Shown: positions 1 through 9,323, numbered from the stretch's first letter. The stretch: 63,847 nucleotides of DNA from Actinomycetales bacterium (GCA_051960855.1 JBQCDV010000155.1:1-63847), one strand, 5' to 3'. The notes: a model not told the origin generated them from the letters alone. Translations and numbers: made by a program.

Positions 1-1295
1 GTGTCACCGATCGGCTCGGTCGGGAAGTCCGCGAAGCAGATGGAGATGTCCATCGCGGTGATGACCAGCTCGACGACCTTGGCGAAGGTGACGGCGTCGA
101 AGGTGTCGTCGTCCTTGAGGAACTTCAGCAGGTTCAGCGAGGCCAGGTTGCAGCTGGAGTTGTCCAGGGACATGTACTCCGAGCACGGGTTGGACGCGGT
201 GATGCGGCCGGTCTCGGGGTTGGTGTGCCAGTCGTTGATGGTGTCGTCGTACTGGATGCCGGGGTCGGCGCACTCCCACGCGGCGGTGGCGATCTTCTGC
301 CACAGCTCGCGGGCGTCGACGGTCTCGATGACCTCACCGGTCGAGCGGGCACGCAGCCCGAAGGGCTTGCCGTCCTCGACCGCGCGCATGAACTCGTCGC
401 TGACGCGCACCGAGTTGTTGGCGTTCTGGTACTGGACGCTGGTGATGTCCTTGCCACCGAGGTCCATGTCGAAGCCGGCGTCGCGCAGGGCACGGATCTT
501 GTGCTCCTCGCGCTGCTTGGTCTCGATGAACTCCTCGATGTCGGGGTGGTCGACATCGAGCACGACCATCTTCGCCGCGCGACGGGTGGCGCCACCGGAC
601 TTGATGGTCCCGGCGCTGGCGTCGGCACCGCGCATGAAGGAGACCGGGCCGCTGGCGGTGCCGCCGGAGGACAGCAGCTCCTTGCTCGAGCGGATCCGGG
701 AGAGGTTGAGACCGGCACCGGAGCCGCCCTTGAAGATCAGGCCCTCCTCGCGGTACCAGTTCAGGATCGAGTCCATCGTGTCGTCGACGGACAGGATGAA
801 GCAGGCGCTGACCTGCTGCGGGGACTTGGTGCCGACGTTGAACCACACCGGCGAGTTGAACGAGAAGACCTGGTGGAGGAGGGCCCAGGTGAGCTCGTGC
901 TCGAAGATCTCGGCGTCCTCGTCGGTCGCGAAGTAGCCGTGCTCCTTGCCAGCCTTGGCGTAAGTCAGCACGACGCGGTCGATGAGCTGCTTGAGGCTCC
1001 ACTCGCGCTCCGGCGTGCCGACGGCGCCGCGGAAGTACTTGGTGGTGACGATCGTCGTGGCGTTCAGCGACCAGAAGTCGGGGAACTCGACACCGCGCTG
1101 GTCGAAGATGACCTCGCCGGTCTTCCAGTTGTTCTGGACGACGTCGCGGCGCTCCCAGGTCACCTCGTCGTAGGGGTGCACCCCCGGCGTCGTGTAGATG
1201 CGCTCGACCGTGAGGCCGGCGCCGGTGCTGCCCTTGACGGGACGCTTGCGGGCGGCGCCTGCGGTCGCGGCGTCACCGTGTGCGGTGTCGGTCAT
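1..1295 (-). CDS. nrdJ: Vitamin B12-dependent (class II) ribonucleotide reductase, N-terminal part; runs off the window start
   Basis: Minus-strand frame from ATG at 1295 (RBS GGAGGAG) reads MTDTAHGD...ERIYTT.GVHPYDEVTWERRDVV...FNSPVWFNVG...QQVSACFIL...KGGSGAG...GTIKSGGATRRAAKM...ASNPCSEY. There is no stop in the window, so the ORF track omits it. Confidence 0.96.
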   Translation of the reverse strand, partial: MTDTAHGDAATAGAARKRPVKGSTGAGLTVERIYTTPGVHPYDEVTWERRDVVQNNWKTGEVIFDQRGVEFPDFWSLNATTIVTTKYFRGAVGTPEREWSLKQLIDRVVLTYAKAGKEHGYFATDEDAEIFEHELTWALLHQVFSFNSPVWFNVGTKSPQQVSACFILSVDDTMDSILNWYREEGLIFKGGSGAGLNLSRIRSSKELLSSGGTASGPVSFMRGADASAGTIKSGGATRRAAKMVVLDVDHPDIEEFIETKQREEHKIRALRDAGFDMDLGGKDITSVQYQNANNSVRVSDEFMRAVEDGKPFGLRARSTGEVIETVDARELWQKIATAAWECADPGIQYDDTINDWHTNPETGRITASNPCSEYMSLDNSSCNLASLNLLKFLKDDDTFDAVTFAKVVELVITAMDISICFADFPTEPIGD

Positions 1296-1396
1296 GCTGT
1301 CTCCTCCGAGGCCTGAAGGCCCTGTCTGTTCCAACAATCTGGGCGGCGCCGGACATCCCGGCGGTCCTGCTTCGTCTGGTGCTTCTGAGTGCGGGC

Positions 1397-1888
1397 TCAG
1401 GGCCCGGTGGTGACGCGGTCCTCGGGCTCGACGCCGGTGGCCTCGCCCTCGGCTCTCAGCAGCGCGATCTCGGCCTCGAAGTCGGCGAGCGACTCAAAGG
1501 AGCGGTAGACCGAGGCGAACCGCAGGTAGGCGACCTCGTCGAGCTCGCGCAGCGGCGTGAGGATGGCCAGGCCGATCTCGTGCGCCTCGATCTCGGCGGC
1601 TCCGCTGGAGCGCACCGACTCCTCGACGCGCTGGGCCAGCAGGGCGAGGTCGTCCTCGCTCACCGGCCGGCCCTGACAGGCCTTGCGAACGCCGCTGACG
1701 ACCTTCGCCCGGCTGAACGGCTCACCCGCGCCCGAGCGCTTGATCACCGTGAGACTCGCGGTCTCCGTCGTCGTGAACCGCCGCCCACAAGCAGGGCACG
1801 AACGGCGCCTGCGGATCGTGCTCCCGTCGTCGGTGACCCGGCTGTCGACCACTCGGCTATCGGCGTTGCGGCAGTAGGGGCAGAACAC
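1397..1888 (-). CDS. nrdR: Transcriptional repressor NrdR
   Basis: GTG start with AGGAGG RBS; zinc ribbon CPYC...DSR...[20 protein letters not shown]-cone, [13 protein letters not shown]; directly upstream of nrdJ. Confidence 0.97.
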   Translation of the reverse strand: MFCPYCRNADSRVVDSRVTDDGSTIRRRRSCPACGRRFTTTETASLTVIKRSGAGEPFSRAKVVSGVRKACQGRPVSEDDLALLAQRVEESVRSSGAAEIEAHEIGLAILTPLRELDEVAYLRFASVYRSFESLADFEAEIALLRAEGEATGVEPEDRVTTGP

Positions 1889-2007
1889 CTCGAGCCTCCT
1901 CGAACGACGTCGCGCGCGGGCAGGCCGAGCGCGTGGCTGGGGATGGATCTGGGGACGGACCTGTGCGTGACCAGCGGTTTCCTGCGGATAACCGGCGGGG
2001 GCCCTGA

Positions 2008-2055
2008 GCACAACCTGTGGACGACTTACATCCATGTAACTACTAGATGTAGGGG
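2008..2055. promoter_or_regulatory. Tandem NrdR boxes
   Basis: GCACAACCTGTGGACG (2008-2023) and CTACTAGATGTAGGGG (2040-2055), 32 bp apart, in the AT-richer leader of nrdR-nrdJ; resemble the actinobacterial NrdR-box pattern. Confidence 0.7.
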
Positions 2056-2164
2056 AACCGTAGACCTGCTGCCCCAAGGGCGCAAGCAGTTCTCGAAGAT
2101 GATCGGCGTGTCGCTCGAAGCCCCGCACGGGACGTGCGCGAGGGCCGCAATGGGGAGGGGTCAG

Positions 2165-2608
2165 TCAGCGCGCGAGCGACTGGCGAACGAGGCCGCCGCC
2201 GGCAGCGGACTGCAGCGCGCTGCGGGCCGAGAGCACTTCAGCGAGGCTCGACACGATGCTGAACTGCTGGGGGCCGCACGTCAGGACCAGCGTGGCGACG
2301 TCGGTCGAGCGACCGGTGGAGCGGGACAGCTTGGCCGAGACGACCGTCAGCTCGCGCGGGAGCGTGATGACGGTGGACGTCACGCTGATCTCCCGGTCCT
2401 CGTGAGCCAGGGAGACCTCGCCGACGAGGATTTCCTGCGGGGTGCTGTAGACCGCGACCGTCGGCGGCGTGCGCCCCTTGAGGAGCTCGGCGACCGAGCG
2501 GCCGGCCAGGACGCTGGCGAGCTCGGCGAGGTCGGTGAAGGCGGCTTCGATGGCTTCGTTCTGGCTCGGCGCAGCACTTCGCGCCTCGACTCGCCCAAAC
2601 GGCGCCAT
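2165..2608 (-). CDS. Hypothetical protein (147 aa), possibly beta-rich/PH-like
   Basis: ATG at 2608 after GGGGAGGGG; open to TGA at 2165; alternating beta-type pattern (ILVGEVSL, ISVTSTVITL, VATLVLTC); start uncertain. Confidence 0.55.
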   Translation of the reverse strand: MAPFGRVEARSAAPSQNEAIEAAFTDLAELASVLAGRSVAELLKGRTPPTVAVYSTPQEILVGEVSLAHEDREISVTSTVITLPRELTVVSAKLSRSTGRSTDVATLVLTCGPQQFSIVSSLAEVLSARSALQSAAGGGLVRQSLAR

Positions 2609-2736
2609 TCGAGAATCCCCTCCCCATCCCTCAGCTCGTGGCCCTGCGCCCGCCCCCGCGCCCGCGGCTGCGCCTGCGCCTGCGGCCGGTCGCCTCACCA
2701 TCGGCGGGGCAACCACCGGACCTGAGCGACAACCGC

Positions 2737-3135
2737 TCAGTGCGCGATCGGGACCTGCAGCTCCTGACCAGGCTGGACCATGACGCCATCGAGGTGGTTG
2801 ACCGCGACGATGTCGGCGATGACGTCGCGCGGGTCGCGCTGCGGCGACACCGAGCGCGCGATCTGCCACAGCGACTGACCGGGCTCGACGACCACTGCGC
2901 GGGTCGACACCGTGTCCGAGGCCTGGGCGGAGCCGTGCAGACCGACTGAGAGGCCCACCGCTGCCGTGCCGGCCACGGCAAGCGAGACCAGGAGCCGCCC
3001 GCGGCGCGTGAGCCGCAGGGAGGCTGAGGGTGCGGCAGGTGCCGCCTCCTGCTGGACGCGCGCGGCGCGCGAAGCCACGGGCCGCGTCGGACGCGAAGCC
3101 TTGCTCGACGGCATCGCCACCATCAGAGTGCTCAT
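2737..3135 (-). CDS. LysM-domain membrane protein, ChiZ/YneA-like SOS cell-division inhibitor
   Basis: LRLTRRGR + TM helix + LysM (VVVEPGQSLWQIA...I.AVNHL....VQPGQELQVP); divergent from lexA across SOS boxes. Confidence 0.85.
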   Translation of the reverse strand: MSTLMVAMPSSKASRPTRPVASRAARVQQEAAPAAPSASLRLTRRGRLLVSLAVAGTAAVGLSVGLHGSAQASDTVSTRAVVVEPGQSLWQIARSVSPQRDPRDVIADIVAVNHLDGVMVQPGQELQVPIAH

Positions 3136-3146
3136 GCTGACTCTCC

Positions 3147-3231
3147 TCGTACGAGTGTTCGAACCGAACGTCTGTACGAGTTGTACTCCCCGGGTCTGAC
3201 AGGGTCAAGACACGATCGAACACATGTTTGA
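3147..3231. promoter_or_regulatory. Three LexA (SOS) boxes
   Basis: TCGTAC-GAGT-GTTCGA (3147-3162), CCGAAC-GTCT-GTACGA (3164-3179), TCGAAC-ACAT-GTTTGA (3216-3231) vs actinobacterial consensus TCGAAC-N4-GTTCGA. Confidence 0.88.
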
Positions 3232-3312
3232 ATCCGGGTGCTCGCGTGGCTAGCCTGATCGTCGTGATCAGGGGAGATGTCGTCCCTGTCCTGCGGCGTC
3301 GAGGGAGTGCGG

Positions 3313-4002
3313 ATGAGCGACAAGTCGGTGCGCGAGTTGCCGGATGGACCAGCCGACTCGAGCGGCCTGACGGCGCGGCAGCGGCGGGTGCTCGAGGTCA
3401 TCCGCGACTCCGTCGAGCGCCGCGGCTATCCCCCGAGCATGCGCGAGATCGGCGAGGCCGTCGGCCTCACCTCACCTTCGTCGGTCGCCCACCAGCTCGC
3501 GATGCTCGAGCGCAAGGGCTACCTGCGCCGCGACCCCAACCGGCCGCGCGCCATCGAGGTCCGCTCCCCCGAGCAGCCTGAGGCCGAGACCACCTACGAC
3601 GAGACGGGAAGCGGAGACGAGCGCCCCACTCCGTCGTTCGTGCCGGTTGTCGGCCGGATCGCCGCCGGCGGACCCATCCTCGCCGAGCAGGTGGTGGAGG
3701 ACGTCTTCCCGCTGCCGCGCCAGATCGTCGGTGAGGGGCAGCTCTTCCTGCTCAAGGTCGTCGGCGACTCGATGATCGACGCCGCCATCTGCGACGGCGA
3801 CTGGGTGGTCGTGCGGCAGCAGCCCACCGCCGACAACGGCGACATCGTCGCGGCGATGATCGAGGGCGAGGCGACCGTCAAGACGCTGTCGCGCAAGGAC
3901 GGCCACGTGTGGCTGCTGCCGCACAACGAGAACTACGCGCCGATCCCCGGTGACGAGGCGACGGTGCTGGGTCGTGTGACGGCGGTGCTACGGCGGGTCT
4001 GA
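3313..4002 (+). CDS. lexA: SOS repressor LexA
   Basis: LTARQRRVL...[10 protein letters not shown]...GRIAAGGP (Ala-Gly cleavage site), VGDSM (Ser), TVK (Lys); ATG after GAGGGAG. Confidence 0.97.
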   Translation: MSDKSVRELPDGPADSSGLTARQRRVLEVIRDSVERRGYPPSMREIGEAVGLTSPSSVAHQLAMLERKGYLRRDPNRPRAIEVRSPEQPEAETTYDETGSGDERPTPSFVPVVGRIAAGGPILAEQVVEDVFPLPRQIVGEGQLFLLKVVGDSMIDAAICDGDWVVVRQQPTADNGDIVAAMIEGEATVKTLSRKDGHVWLLPHNENYAPIPGDEATVLGRVTAVLRRV

Positions 4003-4043
4003 TGCCGCAAGCCCCGACCCTTCGGTTCCCGGGACCCTTGGCG

Positions 4044-4073
4044 TTGTACGCCTGTGCAGCGGACGTCTAACAT
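4044..4073 (+). promoter_or_regulatory. Candidate housekeeping-sigma promoter for a leaderless TA transcript
   Basis: TTGTAC-N18-TAACAT ending 6 nt before the GTG start at 4080; no RBS visible. Confidence 0.55.
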
Positions 4074-4079
4074 CAAGGC

Positions 4080-4280
4080 GTGAGCAGGACGATCGGCTTC
4101 CGCCCCACCGAGGATGACGAGCGCATCATCCGGGAGGCCTTGCGCGACGACGAGCGGACCGTCGATGTGATTCGGCGGGCGTTGCGGCTGTTGGATCGTG
4201 AGGCGTGGTTGGCACGCGCTCGCGCTGACGCCGCAGGGTTGGCAGACGAAGACCTGTCGAGCGAGGCGGACGCCTGGTGA
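4080..4280 (+). CDS. Putative antitoxin (RHH-like)
   Basis: 66 aa; RTIGFR beta-strand then helices (DVIRRAL); acidic tail; 4-nt overlap with the downstream toxin. Confidence 0.75.
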   Translation: MSRTIGFRPTEDDERIIREALRDDERTVDVIRRALRLLDREAWLARARADAAGLADEDLSSEADAW

Positions 4281-4594
4281 TCCGTGGGGCCGTTTATCGA
4301 GTCGATCTCGGCACCAACCGTCGCGGGCATGAGCAGCAGGGGCGCCGGTACGGACTTGTTCTGAGCCCCAGTGACATGGCCTGGAGCGTCGCGACGATCG
4401 TTCCGACGTCGACGGCTGCGGCCGCTGCGGTCTTCCGACCCGAGATCGAGCTCGGTGGAGTGCCGACTCGGTTCCTCGTGGACCAGCTCCGCAGCGTCGA
4501 CGTGGGCTTTATCGCCGACGAGCCCTCGTACTTCCTCACGCGAGACGAGCTCGAAGAAGTTGAAAACGCCGTCTCCCGCTACCTCGGCCTCTGA
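4277..4594 (+). CDS. mazF: MazF/PemK family endoribonuclease toxin
   Basis: RGAVYRVDL...[14 protein letters not shown]...IVPTST...LVDQLRSVD; 105 aa. Confidence 0.9.
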   Translation: MIRGAVYRVDLGTNRRGHEQQGRRYGLVLSPSDMAWSVATIVPTSTAAAAAVFRPEIELGGVPTRFLVDQLRSVDVGFIADEPSYFLTRDELEEVENAVSRYLGL

Positions 4595-4633
4595 GCAGCG
4601 GCGGCGCGGGAGGCTCCAGCGCCGTTCGGGACG

Positions 4634-5554
4634 TCAGGACTGCAGCTGCGCGCCCCAGCGAGTCGTCACCGACTGCTCGGGGGCGAGCCGGATGACGTCG
4701 CTGCCGGACTGGAAGGCGTTCGGCGGGGCGGTCATCGGCTCGGAGCCGAGGCCGGCGCGCTGGCGGTCGCCGCTGAGGGTGTCGCTCGTGTAGATCTCGA
4801 GGTAGGGGTAGTGCTCGTCGGCCCACAGTGACGCGCGCCGGTTGTCGGCGCGGTCGAGGTGGATCCAGGCGCGGCCATCGGCGTCTCGGGTGAGGTCGGT
4901 GAAGGCGTAGTCGACTTCCAGCCCCTTGAGGCTGCGGCCCTGGCGGAAGTCGTACTCGGTGCCCTCGACGGGGACGACATCTGTGGGCAGTTGGCGCTTG
5001 TCGGTGGCGACGCGCTTGTTGGCCTCGAGCGTGAGCGTGCAGTCGTCGACCTTGGCCCCCTTGTCCCCCGGCGAGAGATACGGGTGCTGGCCGTGGGCGT
5101 AGGGCAGGTCCTGGGTGCCGAGGTTGGTGGCCGTCGTCGTGCACACGAGGCCGGAGTCGGTGAGCTCGTACTCGACGTTGACGTGCAGGGTGAAGGGGTA
5201 GCCCTTGCGCGGGAAGATCTGCGTCTCCACGACGACCCGGGAGTCGGCCTGCTCGACCAGCGCCCAGGGCTGCCAGCGGAGGAAGCCGTGGATGGCGTTG
5301 TCCTTCTCGGGCTCCGTGAGCGGCACCTGGTAGTTGCGACCGTCCCACTCGTACCGGCCGTCGCCGAGACGGTTGGGCCACGGGATCAGTGGGCAACCGT
5401 GGGCGCCGTCGCACATCTGGTCGATGTCGTAGGGGTGCAGCACGGGCACGTCGCCGTCGTAGTACTCCCGGACTCCCCCGCCGACCTCGACGATCGTGGC
5501 GCGGGCCTTGCCCAGCCGGATCTCCCACTGCTGACCGGACGGCCACACCGCCAT
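4634..5554 (-). CDS. Aldose 1-epimerase family protein (YihR-like subfamily)
   Basis: LIPWPNRL.DG.Y, NAIHG, GYPF, HPY, EPMTAPPNAF motifs. Confidence 0.88.
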   Translation of the reverse strand: MAVWPSGQQWEIRLGKARATIVEVGGGVREYYDGDVPVLHPYDIDQMCDGAHGCPLIPWPNRLGDGRYEWDGRNYQVPLTEPEKDNAIHGFLRWQPWALVEQADSRVVVETQIFPRKGYPFTLHVNVEYELTDSGLVCTTTATNLGTQDLPYAHGQHPYLSPGDKGAKVDDCTLTLEANKRVATDKRQLPTDVVPVEGTEYDFRQGRSLKGLEVDYAFTDLTRDADGRAWIHLDRADNRRASLWADEHYPYLEIYTSDTLSGDRQRAGLGSEPMTAPPNAFQSGSDVIRLAPEQSVTTRWGAQLQS

Positions 5555-5686
5555 GACGCACTCCTCTGGGTCGCGGATGTCTTCGGATCATCCTTGCCCG
5601 AGGGCAGGCGATCCAACTCCTGCGAGGCAAGACTCGGCTTAGATGAGGCCACGCGGTCGACTACCGGGAGCGATCAAGGGGGAGCC

Positions 5687-6208
5687 ATGAGCTACGCGAC
5701 GAATCCCACATGGCGACGCTGCCAGCGCGTACTCGCCTCAGTAGTCGAGTTGCACAAGCGCGGCTACCAGCGACTCCGGATCTCGCCGGGCATCGCGCCC
5801 ACCGGGCTCGCCTGGCGATGCATCCTGGCCCCAGCAAGCCGTTTCGAGACGGGCGGGCTCCTCTTGGGCCCACGCGCTTCGTGGGACGACGGATCGATGG
5901 TTGTGTACAGCAGCGCTCAAGAGGCGGAGTACTTCGGCTGGCCGGACGTGACGACAGCGTCCGCTCGTGAGTTGGCTGACGCTGTCGAAGCTCGGTGCCC
6001 GCGCCTGATCAACGAGAGCAGAGGGCAGGACTGGCCGTACAGCGGCTGGTTGATCGAAATCCTCGGGTACGCGGAGCGCCGCATTCTCCCGAGTGCGTAT
6101 GACGACAGCTGGCCAAAGCCCGACTGGTACCCCCAAGGCATCGTTGTCGAAGGAGCCCAGGACTCTCCGCTCCGTCTACCGGCCCCTCCAGCACCTCCGG
6201 ACGCCTAG
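5687..6208 (+). CDS. Hypothetical protein (173 aa)
   Basis: ATG after GGGGGAG; globular composition, Trp/Tyr-rich (ELHKRGYQRLRI, YSS.Q..YFGW.D, G.DW.Y.GW). Confidence 0.7.
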   Translation: MSYATNPTWRRCQRVLASVVELHKRGYQRLRISPGIAPTGLAWRCILAPASRFETGGLLLGPRASWDDGSMVVYSSAQEAEYFGWPDVTTASARELADAVEARCPRLINESRGQDWPYSGWLIEILGYAERRILPSAYDDSWPKPDWYPQGIVVEGAQDSPLRLPAPPAPPDA

Positions 6209-6221
6209 CTCGTCCGCGACT

Positions 6222-6809
6222 TCAGCTGGCGGCGGCGGTCGCCTTCGCTGCCGCCTTGGCCGCAGCCTTCTTCTGCTGCTTGTACTCCCGCACCTTGAGC
6301 AGGGTGTCCGGCCCGGTGACGTCCGCGACCGACCGGTAGCCCTTCAGGGCGTAGTCACCGGCCGCGGCCTTCCAGCCGGTCGGCTGGACGTCCAGCTGCT
6401 TGCCGAGCAGCGCGATGAGGATCTTGGCCGTCTGCTCGCCGTAGCCCGGCAGCTCCCGGATCCGCTTGAAGAGCTCGGCGCCAGTCTTGGCCTCCGACCA
6501 CAGCCGGGTCACGTCGCCGTCGTACTTCGCCTCGACGATGCGGGCCAGCTCCTGCACCTGCGCAGCCTTGGCCCCAGGGAAGCGGTGGATCGCCGGCGGC
6601 TGCGTGCAGAGCGCCTTGAACTCCTCCGGGTCGGCAGCGGCGATGGCCGCGGTGTCGAGCGAGCCGAAGCGGCTCAGGATCTTCCAGCCGCCACGGAACG
6701 CGTGCTCGATCGGGTACTGCTGGTCGAGCTGCATTCCGATGACCAGCGCCAGCGGGTGCTCGTCGAGGACAGCGTCAGCATCCGGCTCGTTCGTGATGTG
6801 GAAGGCCAT
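6222..6809 (-). CDS. HhH-GPD-type base-excision repair family protein
   Basis: PLALVIGMQLDQQ.P.E.AF, PPAIHRFPG, LPGYGEQTAKI (HhH), YRSVADV; basic tail. Confidence 0.88.
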   Translation of the reverse strand: MAFHITNEPDADAVLDEHPLALVIGMQLDQQYPIEHAFRGGWKILSRFGSLDTAAIAAADPEEFKALCTQPPAIHRFPGAKAAQVQELARIVEAKYDGDVTRLWSEAKTGAELFKRIRELPGYGEQTAKILIALLGKQLDVQPTGWKAAAGDYALKGYRSVADVTGPDTLLKVREYKQQKKAAAKAAAKATAAAS

Positions 6810-6856
6810 GCCGCTGATTGTCCGGCTGGCATCGCCGGAGCGGAAGTCGGAACCGA

Positions 6857-7321
6857 TCACCGACTTGCCCGCTTCCGCGGAGCCTTCAGCACGGCGACCG
6901 GCGCCAGTCCCCAAAGCAGCGCGGCAATCCAGAGCACGCGAGCCCCCAGGTGAGCGTGGCTCGGATCGGGGGCGGCCAGAGCCGTCATCGCGACGGCCAG
7001 CCACGCCCCTGCCAGGACCCCGCCCAGACTCGTGACGAGCGCGACAGTGACGGCTGCCGCTTGCTCCTCCAGTCGCCCGGAACGCGCGAAGGTCGCGAGG
7101 ACCGCGACGACCGCGAGGACGACCGCGCAGCCAACGCCGATCCACCACACCGAGGCCGTCGGGCTGCTGAAGCCGTCCGGCGGGCCGTCCAGGCTGCCGC
7201 TCCAGTGGCTGGCCATCGGATCGGGCAGCCGGTCCCTCCACGCCAGCCAGCTCACTCCGACAACGACAACTGGCGCCGCTGCCAAGGCAGTCGCCGCGCC
7301 CCATCGAGCGTCCCCCGACAT
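6857..7321 (-). CDS. DUF1648-type membrane protein
   Basis: LPDPMASHW...G.PDGF motif after an N-terminal TM helix; further hydrophobic helices. Confidence 0.72.
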   Translation of the reverse strand: MSGDARWGAATALAAAPVVVVGVSWLAWRDRLPDPMASHWSGSLDGPPDGFSSPTASVWWIGVGCAVVLAVVAVLATFARSGRLEEQAAAVTVALVTSLGGVLAGAWLAVAMTALAAPDPSHAHLGARVLWIAALLWGLAPVAVLKAPRKRASR

Positions 7322-7396
7322 GCCATCACTGTAGAAGTCGGAGCGTCTACTGCCTGACCGACCGCGACCCGCTCACCGGCCGCGTCCGCCGCTAGC

Positions 7397-7849
7397 TCAG
7401 GGCTTCGCGATCGCGGTGACGACGAACGACATCGTCACCAGGTCGTCAGCTGTCGCTGCGCCATCCGGCAGCGGCATACCTGGAGGCAACAGGTCGCCGA
7501 GCCGCTGCACGGGTGCGTCGATTCGGCACTCGACCGTCTGCTGCTGGTTGTGTGCGGCTCCGTGCGACAGGAGCTCGTCGCTGAGCACCTTGCCTGTGGT
7601 GTTGTCCGTGGCCAGGTACTCGAACGACACCGGCACGAAGTGGCCGCCGCCCACGATCTGGGCCGCGCTCCAGCTGTCGTGGACGGTCGGCGGCGGGGTC
7701 ACGATCATCATCGTCTGGCCGTCACACGTGAAGGTCTGGGCCTGACGGCTCGGCGGGACCGGCCCTGCGGCTAGCGCAGCGGTGGGGACAGCGGCGGTCG
7801 CGGCTCCGACGAGCGCGAGCGAGACGGCGATTCGGGAGGGAAGGCGCAC
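7397..7849 (-). CDS. Secreted hypothetical protein
   Basis: Signal peptide (RLPSRIAVSLALVGAATAAVPTAALA); two Cys in the mature part. Confidence 0.65.
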   Translation of the reverse strand: MRLPSRIAVSLALVGAATAAVPTAALAAGPVPPSRQAQTFTCDGQTMMIVTPPPTVHDSWSAAQIVGGGHFVPVSFEYLATDNTTGKVLSDELLSHGAAHNQQQTVECRIDAPVQRLGDLLPPGMPLPDGAATADDLVTMSFVVTAIAKP

Positions 7850-8031
7850 GAGGATCTCCTTGGTTCACACCGACCGGCGACTCCGGCCAGGCGCCAAGCA
7901 ACCTACGAACGACGCTGTCCCTCGTCCTCAGGCTCGCGGTGCTGCCGTCTCCACCCGAGGTCGCGAATTCGTGGCGTCAATTCCTCCTGGGAGTGGAGGA
8001 ATTCGAGAGTCACTGCCCCTACGGTGGCCGC

Positions 8032-8712
8032 GTGAGCATCTCGGTGGTGGTCGCCGACGACCAGGCGATGGTGCGTGCCGGCTTCCGCCGACTCCTCGAG
8101 AGCGAAGACGGTCTCGACGTCGTCGGTGAGGCCGCCAACGGAGCCGAGGCTGTCCAAGCCGCGCAACGACTGCGACCGCAGGTGATGCTGCTCGACATCC
8201 GCATGCCAGTCATGGACGGCATCGAGGCCACCCGACGAATCGTCACTGCGACGCAAACCCGGGTCGTCATCCTCACGACCTTCGATCTCGACGAGTACGT
8301 CTACGACGCGCTGCGCGCCGGGGCAGCAGGCTTCCTGCTCAAGGACGCTCCGCCCGACCAGATGGTCGCGGCCATTCATGCCGTCGCTGCCGGGGATGCC
8401 CTGATCGCACCGGCTGTCACCAAGCGACTGCTCGCGGAGTTCGTCAAGCGGCCCCAGCCGCACGATGCCGAGTCCCGGCTGGAGCGGCTGACGGGCCGCG
8501 AACGCGACGTCCTGATGCGGGTCGGGCGCGGGCTGTCCAACTCCGAGATCGCCGCCGAGCTCTACCTCGGTGAAGCGACCGTCAAGACCCACGTCGGCAA
8601 CGTGCTGAGCAAGCTGCAGCTGCGGGACCGGGTGCAAGCGGTCGTCTTCGCCTACGAGCACGGTCTGGTCACTCCCGGCGAGCAGCAGAGTCAGCCGGAA
8701 CGACGTCTCTGA
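8032..8712 (+). CDS. NarL/LuxR family response regulator
   Basis: VVVADDQ, LLDIRMP (phospho-Asp), GFLLKD, LTGRERDVL...GLSNSEIA...TVKTHV. Confidence 0.95.
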   Translation: MSISVVVADDQAMVRAGFRRLLESEDGLDVVGEAANGAEAVQAAQRLRPQVMLLDIRMPVMDGIEATRRIVTATQTRVVILTTFDLDEYVYDALRAGAAGFLLKDAPPDQMVAAIHAVAAGDALIAPAVTKRLLAEFVKRPQPHDAESRLERLTGRERDVLMRVGRGLSNSEIAAELYLGEATVKTHVGNVLSKLQLRDRVQAVVFAYEHGLVTPGEQQSQPERRL

Positions 8713-9323
8713 CTCCTGCCCAGCCAGCTAGACAACGGGATGTGCACCCGCGCAACGTCGCGGAAGCCAAGCCGGCGGTACCAGCCAAGCGGCCAGTCGT
8801 CTTCGTCCGCGCCGATGACCAACCTGCGGACGCCTTCGGCAACCAGCAGCCGACGCGCGCCTTCCAGGAGGGCGGCACCGTAACCCTGGCCGCGATAGCC
8901 GGGGAAGACGTCCCCTTCCTGGAGTCGAGCTACTAGACCGATCGGCCCCGGGTGTCGGAAGGCCGCGATGCCGCCCACTGCGTCGCCGTCGCCGTGGTCG
9001 CCCCGCTCGTCGAACGCCCGCCACAGCCGCATGCCGAGCAGAGCGCCTCGAATGCGCACGGACTGGACCAAGGCCCGTGCCGAAGCCTCATCCAGGCCGA
9101 AGGCCACCTCCACCGGGATCCGCTCCTCCACGTAGCGTGACCACTGCTCGTCCGAGTCGCACAGCACAAGGGACAGCGCACGTGCGGCAAAGGGGTCGCT
9201 TGCGTCTCGCACCAGAAGCACCTTGCCGGGCGCATCACCCGCTGCGTCACCGTCGAGCACACCAGGTCGCAGGGCTTGCTCGGTCTCAAGCGCCAGCCGT
9301 GCAAGGTCCCCGTGCTCGTCCAC
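8691..9323 (-). CDS. GNAT family N-acetyltransferase
   Basis: VFPGYRGQGYGAALL acetyl-CoA motif; WYRRLGF; start uncertain. Confidence 0.75.
   Translation of the reverse strand: MDEHGDLARLALETEQALRPGVLDGDAAGDAPGKVLLVRDASDPFAARALSLVLCDSDEQWSRYVEERIPVEVAFGLDEASARALVQSVRIRGALLGMRLWRAFDERGDHGDGDAVGGIAAFRHPGPIGLVARLQEGDVFPGYRGQGYGAALLEGARRLLVAEGVRRLVIGADEDDWPLGWYRRLGFRDVARVHIPLSSWLGRSQRRRSG

Noticed and set aside
1296-1396. Cobalamin riboswitch before the B12-dependent nrdJ
   Set aside because: Only 100 bp and no recognisable B12-box; control is explained by the NrdR boxes
1-2725. Long plus-strand ORFs 1..936, 225..1316 and 1280..2725, and similar long ORFs elsewhere (e.g. 25666..27114, 32717..33817, 37290..38555)
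   Set aside because: Antisense or alternative-frame shadows of clear genes, expected at this GC content; low-complexity R/A/P/G translations with no motifs
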